Positions 42,101-52,295 of a stretch of 52,295 nt of DNA are shown in pieces. How positions within the stretch are numbered: the first letter of the stretch is position 1; every line of letters starts with the position of its first letter. A program made the position numbers and the translations under genes. This stretch comes from Macrostomum lignano (taxonomy: Eukaryota). The notes under the pieces are model-generated. The model was not told where the DNA came from, searched no databases, and saw nothing but the letters and a program-made list of their open reading frames with translations. The DNA is taken from the NCBI GenBank assembly GCA_002269645.1, contig NIVC01001437.1, positions 1 through 52,295 of the forward strand, given 5' to 3'.

Positions 42101-45100
42101 AAAAAACGTTTCAAACATGTTTCAAATCGCAACCAAAACACAGTGTCTGCCATTCCGGGATCTTTTTGCAACTTTGACAACATTTCTGCTCTTAGTTCTA
42201 CATTGCTTTCATATTGCTCTGCATCGATTCCCCAGGCATGCTGCAACTCTGGCCAATGTACATCTGCTGCCGATAGTGTCACGAAAAAATGAGGAACACC
42301 AAGCGTTCGAATCATGGCTTCCAATTGCCGTCCTTTACTCTGCCAATAAGCGCTTGTGCCTCGCAAATCTGATGCTCGAACTGACACGCTAGCCAATACT
42401 GCCGGGTCATTTAGTGCTTCAATCATTTCCTTGGCACTTAATCCAGCATACTTGTTGTCGTGTACAAACACGCGACCAACTTCCAGCGCCCTCCAACGCA
42501 TCACCATATTTTCAATGTAAAATTTAAACCGCAAATCGGTACGAAATCTTGGACACCGGAATTGCATCAAATGCTTTGCATAGTCGCCCAAACTTAGTCC
42601 AAAATTACGTGGCGTACTATAATCTCCTGCTCCATCCGGAAAGAGATGAGGATAAGCCAATGTAAAATATCCTTCATCCTGAAATTCGTTTACCGGCTCG
42701 TTGCTTCTTGCTGGCCATTTCAATTTTTCACTCAAAAATTTGTCTCGTACTGCCGATTCCAATCGACGCAAAGGAGTCTCCAACAGCGAACTAATTGTTT
42801 CCTCGAGCTCGTTCGTCTCGTCCGCATTTTTTTCTACTTGTTGCTGCAATCGCTCAGCTCTGGCTGAGCCGCCTTCTTGCTGTGCCGCCTCGAAATTCAC
42901 TTCATTGTCAGACTGCATTTCGACAATCATACCTTCTACTTGATGAGCATAACCATCTTCAGGCAGATGTAGCAACGCATCATTATTCATTGAAACCTGA
43001 TACTGTCTAAAGTACTTGTTGTTTGCCATTAAATAGCGCATCGCATTAGTCACTTTGTCGCGTCGAACTCGCAAATTGTTCATTGTGCCGCTTTGCGCTT
43101 CTCCAGGCTGAACACGGGCTCTTTCGTCGTACATTAAAACAACTGGCAGAGATCGTCTTGGCAGCTCTCGCAAAACGTGCGACTGATCTTGAGGCAACAT
43201 GATTCCGTGTCCTCTCGATTTTGTTTGCTTTTGGGGAAAAATTTGTACCACAACAATAACCGACAAAACTGGCGAAATCAACATTTGCTCTGCTACACTC
43301 AAATCTTGCAAATCTTCTGGCTGCTCCAACATCGGAATCGCATTGTTTTCTTGGCTAAACGATTTCGGCTCATTGTCATCTCTGAAACAACGATCGCACA
43401 TGTCTTCAGAATCGATGCTAAAATATTTTCCAGGAAACTTTTCCCTACACACGTAGCACTGTTTCAAATGTGATACTTTTGTTATGTTTTCATTGAAAAA
43501 GTCTTGCCTCATCTTTTTGAACTGGTCTGTGAACGGATTGCGAAGGCACTTTGGCAGATTAGGATCTCCGATTTCATCTTCAACAATTGGAGCATCTTGA
43601 GCGCTCTCTTCTGAAGTGCTGCTCTGCGGAACATTTTCTTTAGCTGGCTGCTGCTCCATTGTAGGCCGCTTTCTGGGTGACGAACGGATCGCTTCATCAG
43701 GCTTCTCCTGAGTAGCACGTGTCTTTCGTGGTGATGAATACGTAGAAGTAGCTGGAATATTATCAGACTGACGTTTATCTTGCTGCTCCTGCTGCAAAGG
43801 TGCCGTCTTCCTAGGCGACGATCGAACGGGTTCGCAGATATGATTTTCTGCGTTTGTCAATCTCTGTTTCCGTGGTAAAGAATTTGCATAGTTGACCACT
43901 TGCTGCTGGTTTTTCAAACGCTCGCTGCGACGAGTAGGAGCACTTGGTACAACGTCGCTCTTCTTTTCTCGACCTCTTCCTTTTTCCAAATGGCAAGAAA
44001 CGCTTGAAACCGCCGAAACTGAGTCGCCACAACCGATGCAACTGCAACATGGTGCTCTCCGAGTGCGACTGCTTCTTCTCAATAAGCTCTGACCAGATAC
44101 ACTAGAGGCTGCAACAGACACAGACTCTAATGTGTTTGCTTTAGCGCTCAGTCGACTACTCCGACGCGTAGCGCAACTTGCCTTCCCAACATCCTTTTTA
44201 CGCCGACTGCGCCGCGGAACATTTGATGGCACGGACTCTGACACACGATCACTTTTAACTGACTCTGACACATGCTCAATTTCAACTGACTCTGCGCTAT
44301 CCTCCGCGTCAAGATCGACATTCCAATTCCAGACAGAGTTGTTCCGATCCCGAAGCACTTCATATGAATTCGGATGCGCAAACAAACTCGTATTATTTTC
44401 CAAGGACTTTGCTTGATTTCTACAACGTCCCTTCCAATGCCTACTTTGAACTCGGGTCCAGTCTGCAACCTTTTCAAAAGGCGTCATTGGTGGAGCTGGA
44501 GGTGGCATCATTACAACAGGATCTTCGACAACATGAACATTCTCGTTGAGAGGGGGCATTTCCACATTCTTGGCGCTCAAATCTCCTTGGCCAGTCGGCC
44601 GAACTGAGCTTGCTTCATTAACTTCCAAATCATTGACACGAACGATTTCGTAGTGTTGACTACCAGGATTAAACAACAATCGAATAGTAGCCAAACGTTC
44701 TCCAATATTCGGTCGGGAATAATGGCCAGGCCGCGCTAGATTAAGCATGTTTGACTGATAAATAAACACTTCTAGCCGCAACAGTTCACCAATTAGTTCT
44801 GGAACTCCGCATGGCACGTACATACGGGGACGCCTTGTATCGTCGCGCACTTTTTCCCAATTCAGTCCTGTTTGCATAATTCTTTCCTGATTATTGACAT
44901 CGCGATGCACCCATTGCTCGAATTCTGCAGCAACCGCATCTCGAAAATCTTCTACGCTTAGCGATTGATAGGCGGAAAAACCTGGCAGTTCTTGTAATTG
45001 TCTCAATATGGCCGTGAAAAAACAGTTGCCGTCACCTCGTACATTCTCAACGCGACACGAAGAAAAAGGAACCCATACAGGTTGGACTTGTACAGCAGCA

Positions 45101-46561
45101 GTTACATGACCTTCGGCAAAATCCATTGCAGTAGCACCTGTTTCATCTGTAAAAGAATACAACTCTTAAACAGTGAGGTATGATAATTTTAAGGAATTGA
45201 GCATTAATTGTATTTTGCACAAGTCGTAAACACTAAAATCTAATTTTCAATATTCGCAAGCAAAGTCAGATGTAAGAAAGAAAATTAACTTGTACTATGC
45301 ATAGAAATTCAATAAAAAATAAAACTCTCACCAGCACTCAAGTAGCCTATAAGTTGCTCATTGTAAGCAGCACCAGAATTGGGCACTTCAGCATCACCTT
45401 CGACCACGGGGTATTCCGAAGCAGCCAGAGCGTCGGCCAGAGCAGCATCATGTTCAGCTAGCAGGGCAGCCAGACCAGCCTCGTCCAGCTTAATCACAGA
45501 CTCAGTTTTAGCAGCAGCATCAGCAGAAGCACCAGCTTTAGTCCCAGCAGCGGCAATAGAAGAGGCAGCAGCAGCTTCCGGTTGTACATCTGGCTCTTGA
45601 ATCTGTTCTTCGCCAGCAGTTAAATCACCGACAGCAGCAACTTTAATATTATTCTTGGAGCGGCTCCAGTTTTTCTTCTTCGGCCGTCCGCACTTTTTCG
45701 CACCTGTTTAAAGTCACAGTAAAAAAGAAATTTATAAATCTACCTATATATATATATATATATATATGTCTGTCCATCTATTTCGCTCTAGAGCGTGCCA
45801 TTCTTGATCAATTTTGATAGCGTTTTTTCTAAACTATTGCAGATTTTGCACTGATTATACAGTGGTCAAAATTTCTTAAATCTGCTCAAATTCTAAGGGT
45901 GTTAAACATTCGAAAATAGAGTTTCTATAATTATTTTAATGATCTGTCAAACAAGGTCAGATTCCAATTGAATTTATTCCCTTTGTCGAAACTATTCAGT
46001 CGAAACTACTCAGTCGAAACTATTGAGTTCACACTATTCAGTCAAAACTACTCAGTCAAGATTATTAAGTCTAAACTATTCAGTTGTAACTATTCAGTTG
46101 AAATTATTCTGTCTGTCAAAACTATTCAGGCGAAACTATTCAATCTAAACTATTGAGTGTGAACTATTGATTTGAGCTGCGTCAGTTAAGAGTTTGAAAA
46201 ATTCACATTTTTAGACATCTGAAAAACACTTTTTTACAGAATTACCTGTGAACTATTCAGTGTGAGTTATAGTGTGAACAATTGAGATTTATTGTTTGGT
46301 AAATAAATTGTGTAGTGCAGGAACTTTTTAGTTTGTCTGTTGCCCAAATGGGCAGCCAAGAATGCTAGTAAAAGCTGGTTTCCTAAGGTGTGAATATTAA
46401 TAATAAAGGTAGGATTGCTTTGAAACTATTCCTGAAAGTAGCACCTATCACCTGCAAGTTGCAACAAATGTACAAAACTTACTATTGGCAGCAACAGAAG
46501 AAGCACTTGTATCCTTGTTAATGCTAGTGTTGTCCTTGATGCTGTTTTTGTCGTTGCCCAT
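39118..46561 (-). CDS. Helentron/Helitron2-type Rep-helicase with N-terminal OTU protease domain (~2159 aa, 3 coding exons)
   Basis: Exons: 46561-46483, 45703-45332, 45146-39118 (6480 nt, both introns phase 1, GT-AG). OTU: GDGNCFF...QHYE. Then CYVC...CDRC, a DUF6570-like region and a Helitron_like_N region (AYPHLFPDG). HUH Rep: FFVTLSA, EYQSRGSPHVH, YLIKYATK. PIF1: GSAGTGKS, FIDEFSM, GDVFQLPPV, QFPLRLAWASTIHKSQGLT. Confidence 0.92.
45975..46170. repeat. ~14-bp tandem motif (AAACTATTCAGTCG), about 13 copies, in intron 1 of the Rep-helicase gene
   Basis: Direct degenerate repeats. Confidence 0.9.
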
Positions 46562-48054
46562 CCTGTCTAAATAAACATGTTAGTAAATATTTCAGAATGA
46601 TAAAGAAACTAATTAGCTAAACACAGAAAACATGCTACTCTTTACCAAGTTAACTCAACTCTTTTCTGGTGGCAAATTTAGTTAAACTACGAACACTAGC
46701 ACTGCTACTGGATTGTGGATTAATATGCTGCAGCATAATATACTGGCATATAGGCGGTGTGTGCCATGTAGTTTTTGTGCTTTCAACATTTTTTCTTGGA
46801 TTTAGTGCATATTTTCTAGAGTTTTTTCAGGCATATTCCATGTTTTTGTACATGCTTCTAGGAATTCTATATCAGCAAAAAAACATCCCTTGGTAAAAAT
46901 TCACCATAAACTAAGTGTCTAGCACTTTCAAGCATTGCTTGATATAAGGAGCATTGGCATGTATATATTGTCTAGCAAAAATGCTAAATTTATAATAAAT
47001 TGAGCAGAATTTATAAAAAGTGTCCACAAACTTCTACCATTAAGCAGAGTACTACAGATATTTGTACTATGCTAAACATATGAAGAAATAAAAAGAATAC
47101 TTACTTCAAAACTAAAGTCTTAAGTCAAAATTATGCAAACAAAAGGAAAATTCAAGTTAAATTTGACTGATAACTACAAAATAAAATGTGAAAGGATGAG
47201 TACTTTTAAAAGATATATGTAAATATGACTATAATTTATAAAAATATGGAGCAAAAAGCAAAGCAGAGAAAAAAAACGTAAATATTTGGCAGAATACAAT
47301 TAATTAGCTATAAAATAATATTAAAGTACTATACTTCAGTTATATTTCAAATAAAATTTGAAGCTTACACTTACAGTGTAAAACTGATAACAATTGAATA
47401 TATTACAATTAAAACTTGTACTTGTAGAATATAATATATTGTACAATAATTATATATAATGTAGTAGGATACGAATAAATAGCGTAACAAAACCGAATAT
47501 TATAGCTACAGATTGAAGCTTGAAAATATTTCAGATTTAGATAGCGTTTGCTTAGATAAGTTGCTTTGAAAATTTGGGGTCAAATTTGTCCTACAGCAAT
47601 AAACTACTGTTAACATAACCGATTTAAATTTAAATTTTTGTAGAAATTATAAGGAACAGAACGACTGAAATGTACAGTTTAATTATTTCAAAATTAAATA
47701 ATTTCGAATTCTATTTTACCTTATTGCTTTCTTCAATTAAATTTTGTTATACAATTTATAAAATGCCTATTTTCAAAATATACCTCAAAAAGTAAGTTCA
47801 ACAGCTTTAAAAATGCGCACGTTTTTACACTTCACGGCTCCAAAAAGTCACCATAGAAGATTTTTGCAGGACGCAAGACTTTTTACGTTACAAAATAGCA
47901 CTTTTATGTGCATTTTTTATTCAGTTTCAAAAGGCTTTTTAGTTACCTATTTGGTATTTTTTGTTTTAAAGATTTTTGCGAAATCAGGTCATTTTAACTT
48001 GTTACGAAACTGTGGACCCACACTTTTACGCAACGCAATGCGCATGATGTCATC

Positions 48055-49140
48055 TTAAAGCACTTGCTAAATGCTATTTATTGACACTACACTGAAGGCC
48101 TGGCGTAGGATAGTTAATAAATGGCAGCGTGAAATATAGCAAAAAAACGCATAGTACCGGAACCTCGTAATTCGGTAAAATGTTAATAGCGTCAAAATAC
48201 GAATTTTCGCACACTAACGAAGATGGCAGTCATCTGTACGTGTTTACTGGGCACAATAGTGCTCTTGGAAGCTAAGAACCTCATAGCGAAAATTAATATA
48301 TTTTCCGCCCTATGTAGTGCTCAAATGGGTTGTTTTTGCACAAAATCACGTTTTTCGATTTTGAGAGTCAATTAAAAATTTTTTTTGCAACTGACAGACG
48401 TGAATGTCACTTTTTCTGAGAGTATTCATCTAGATGTTTCTAATAAGTACTAATATGGGTCATTCTTATGCTTCACCTATCCTTAGTATAGGTACAAAGT
48501 CATTATTTCATTTCCAGCAAGTCACGTGACCTGGCCTGAGGTGTACAACGCATCGTGCAATGCCAGCGAACATACACTCAAATTAAAGCACTTTTTAAAT
48601 GCTAACTATTGACACCACACTGAAGGCCTGGCGTAGCATCGTTAATAAATGGCAGCGTGAAATATAGCAAAAAAACGCATAACACCGGAACCTCGTAATT
48701 CGGTAAATGTTATTAGCGTAAAAATACGAATTTTCGCACACTAACGAAGATAGCAGTCATCTGTACGTGTTTACTGGGCACAATAGTGCTCTTGGAAGCT
48801 AAGAACCTCATAGCGAAAATCAATAAATTTTTCACCCTATGTGTGCTCATATAGGTTGTTTTTGCACAAAATCACGTTTTTCGATTTTAAAAGTCAATTA
48901 TAACAAAATTTTGCAACTGACAGACGTGAATATCATTTTTTCTGACAGTAGTCATCTAGGTGTTTCTAATAAGTACAAATTTTGGTTCATTCTTACGCTT
49001 CACCTATCCTTAGTATAGGTACAAAGTCATTATTTCATTTCCAGCAAGTCACGTGACCTGACCTGAGGTGTACAACGCATCGTGCAATGACAGCGAACAT
49101 ACATTCAAATTAAAGTACATCTAAAATGTAGTTCAATGAC
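48055..49140. repeat. ~528-bp diverged direct repeats (units start at 48055 and 48583, partial at 49110), each beginning TTAAAG
   Basis: Shared blocks such as ACACTGAAGGCCTGGCGTAG and AAGTCACGTGACCTG recur at 527-528-bp spacing. Confidence 0.92.
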
Positions 49141-49668
49141 ACCAAGCGCGTCGCGCTCCGGTAATCCGCTCAAAAGTTACAGGCTAAAAAGTATGTTCGA
49201 TATGCAAGCCCCCCGTACCGTCGTTAAAGTACATTTCTGTACCGGCAGCGACTTCAATAAACTAAGACGAAATTTCAAAATATACATATTGTGCGCAATT
49301 TAGTTGTGCACCTTGCCTAAAAAGTCTGATTTTCCTAGCATGTCGTCGTTTCTTATTTTTTGTACATTTGTATCATGAAAAATACATAAAAATAGCCTAA
49401 ATCACGTTTATCGACTTTAGCAGTGTATGGCTCAGAGTCAGTGCAACGAAACGGCTCAAAATGTATTATAAACATGTAGATCTTACCTAAATGACCGCAT
49501 TCATGTACTTTTTAGAGTCTCGCAACAAGGTTGAATTTCCTTTATTTCGGTTCGAATACCTACCCGTCGAATATTCGAATGTAATTAACAGGTGCGAATG
49601 TACAGTTAAAGTGAGTATCTTGGTTAAAGTCGTGCGTCATGTAAGAGTCCCAGGTGCCATTGTTAGAA

Positions 49669-49716
49669 TGACGCAGCTCAAAGGTCGCGCTGACGCGCGA
49701 CCTTTGAGCTGCGTCA
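49669..49716. other. Perfect GC-rich hairpin, 22-bp stem with 4-nt loop
   Basis: TGACGCAGCTCAAAGGTCGCGC-TGAC-GCGCGACCTTTGAGCTGCGTCA. Confidence 0.95.
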
Positions 49717-49935
49717 GTTGAAAGTTGATAAAAATGCGCATTTTTTGACACTTAAAAAACACACTTTTACAGAATTACCTATCAAGGTAAGCATTTAGCG
49801 GAAAATAACCAATCAGTGTCTTGAAGGTCTGAAAATTCGCCAAAAGTTGGGTTCAATCAATTTTTGACTCCATATTGTGAATCCTTATTTTTTGAGATTC
49901 AAGATTTGGACGGGTCTAAAAAAAGTCACTTTTTT

Positions 49936-49970
49936 GTTGCCATGGCAACCAAGACGCGTTGCTATGGAAC
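49936..49970. promoter_or_regulatory. Tandem RFX X-box-like sites
   Basis: Perfect palindrome GTTGCCATGGCAAC at 49936-49949 and GTTGCTATGGAAC at 49958-49970. Motif match only. Confidence 0.35.
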
Positions 49971-52295
49971 TTTCACGTCACACATCTTGTAGCCCTAAAT
50001 GTTTTACGTCCATAGAGGGGTCACACATGGTTTCATCTCAAGTGGTTTTAACTCTGCATCAATTTTATTTTCTAAAACGTTGATTTTACGTTGGGGGAGT
50101 CTCCGGGACATCTTATCTCGGTCTCGTTTGTTAGAAAAAAAAATTTTCTAGAGTTTTTTCAGGCATATTCCATGTTTTTGTACATGCTTCTAGGAATTCT
50201 ATATCAGCAAAAAAACATCCCTTGGTAAAAATTCACCATAAACTAAGTGTCTAGCACTTTCAAGCATTGCTTGATATAAGGAGCATTGGCATGTATATAT
50301 TGTCTAGCAAAAATGCTAAATTTATAATAAATTGAGCAGAATTTATAAAAAGTGTCCACAAACTTCTACCATTAAGCAGAGTACTACAGATATTTGTACT
50401 ATGCTAAACATATGAAGAAATAAAAAGAATACTTACTTCAAAACTAAAGTCTTAAGTCAAAATTATGCAAACAAAAGGAAAATTCAAGTTAAATTTGACT
50501 GATAACTACAAAATAAAATGTGAAAGGATGAGTACTTTTAAAAGATATATGTAAATATGACTATAATTTATAAAAATATGGAGCAAAAAGCAAAGCAGAG
50601 AAAAAAAACGTAAATATTTGGCAGAATACAATTAATTAGCTATAAAATAATATTAAAGTACTATACTTCAGTTATATTTCAAATAAAATTTGAAGCTTAC
50701 ACTTACAGTGTAAAACTGATAACAATTGAATATATTACAATTAAAACTTGTACTTGTAGAATATAATATATTGTACAATAATTATATATAATGTAGTAGG
50801 ATACGAATAAATAGCGTAACAAAACCGAATATTATAGCTACAGATTGAAGCTTGAAAATATTTCAGATTTAGATAGCGTTTGCTTAGATAAGTTGCTTTG
50901 AAAATTTGGGGTCAAATTTGTCCTACAGCAATAAACTACTGTTAACATAACCGATTTAAATTTAAATTTTTGTAGAAATTATAAGGAACAGAACGACTGA
51001 AATGTACAGTTTAATTATTTCAAAATTAAATAATTTCGAATTCTATTTTACCTTATTGCTTTCTTCAATTAAATTTTGTTATACAATTTATAAAATGCCT
51101 ATTTTCAAAATATACCTCAAAAAGTAAGTTCAACAGCTTTAAAAATGCGCACGTTTTTACACTTCACGGCTCCAAAAAGTCACCATAGAAGATTTTTGCA
51201 GGACGCAAGACTTTTTACGTTACAAAATAGCACTTTTATGTGCATTTTTTATTCAGTTTCAAAAGGCTTTTTAGTTACCTATTTGGTATTTTTTGTTTTA
51301 AAGATTTTTGCGAAATCAGGTCATTTTAACTTGTTACGAAACTGTGGACCCACACTTTTACGCAACGCAATGCGCATGATGTCATCTTAAAGCACTTGCT
51401 AAATGCTATTTATTGACACTACACTGAAGGCCTGGCGTAGGATAGTTAATAAATGGCAGCGTGAAATATAGCAAAAAAACGCATAGTACCGGAACCTCGT
51501 AATTCGGTAAAATGTTAATAGCGTCAAAATACGAATTTTCGCACACTAACGAAGATGGCAGTCATCTGTACGTGTTTACTGGGCACAATAGTGCTCTTGG
51601 AAGCTAAGAACCTCATAGCGAAAATTAATATATTTTCCGCCCTATGTAGTGCTCAAATGGGTTGTTTTTGCACAAAATCACGTTTTTCGATTTTGAGAGT
51701 CAATTAAAAATTTTTTTTGCAACTGACAGACGTGAATGTCACTTTTTCTGAGAGTATTCATCTAGATGTTTCTAATAAGTACTAATATGGGTCATTCTTA
51801 TGCTTCACCTATCCTTAGTATAGGTACAAAGTCATTATTTCATTTCCAGCAAGTCACGTGACCTGGCCTGAGGTGTACAACGCATCGTGCAATGCCAGCG
51901 AACATACACTCAAATTAAAGCACTTTTTAAATGCTAACTATTGACACCACACTGAAGGCCTGGCGTAGCATCGTTAATAAATGGCAGCGTGAAATATAGC
52001 AAAAAAACGCATAACACCGGAACCGTAATCGTAATTCGGTAAATGTTATTAGCGTAAAAATACGAATTTTCGCACACTAACGAGATAGCAGTCATCTGTA
52101 CGTGTTTACTGGCAAATAGTGCTCTTGGAAGCTAAGAACCTCATAGACGAAAATCAATAAATTTTTCCCCTATTGTGTGCTCATATAGGTTGTTTTTGCA
52201 CAAATCACGTTTTTCGATTTTAAAGTCAATTATAACAAAATTTTTGCAACTGACAGACGTGAATATCATTTTTTCTGACAGTAGTCATCTAGTGT

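Larger units (their letters stand above)
46811..52295. repeat. Tandem duplication with 3332-bp period (copy 1 46811-50142; partial copy 2 50143-end)
   Basis: Both copies start ATTTTCTAGAGTTTTTTCAGGC; identical 81-aa ORFs at 47813 and 51145. Confidence 0.97.

Noticed and set aside
39459-45183. Plus-strand ORFs over the Rep-helicase gene
   Set aside because: Antisense shadows of the long minus-strand CDS.
32538-47685. Shared 15-mer AAATGTACAGTTTAA on both sides of the Rep-helicase unit
   Set aside because: An AT-rich match of this length is expected by chance in 52 kb, and the similarity does not extend.
47813-48058. 81-aa ORF duplicated at 51145-51390
   Set aside because: Identity reflects the DNA duplication; no domain or other coding evidence.

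Overview
Eukaryotic (animal) genomic DNA. The GPCR type and repeat landscape suggest a free-living flatworm such as Macrostomum, but that is inference. No prokaryotic features, CRISPR, rRNA or intact tRNA genes were seen. Left to right: (1) a full-length ~5.9 kb Loa/I-group LINE (ORF1; APE-RT-RNase H-CCHC ORF2; three apparent -1 frameshifts) inserted with an 8-9 bp TSD into a ~0.94 kb TIR element, with a well-formed HDV-like ribozyme fold starting exactly at its 5' junction; (2) two copies of a tRNA-derived CORE-like SINE; (3) an intronless orphan rhodopsin-type GPCR; (4) a MITE and a 36-bp-arm palindrome with a possible Crypton-like remnant; (5) a 7-exon orphan gene for a disordered protein with two C-terminal TM segments, convergent with a 4-exon C2H2 zinc-finger gene, with most of their introns holding a different minisatellite; (6) a 6 kb 15-bp satellite abutting the stop codon of (7) an intact, spliced ~2159-aa Helentron/Helitron2-type OTU-Rep-PIF1 gene; (8) a 3332-bp tandem duplication at the right edge that degrades as a contig end would. 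Exon structures were built by hand from splice consensus and frame continuity; family names come from motif recognition, not database searches.
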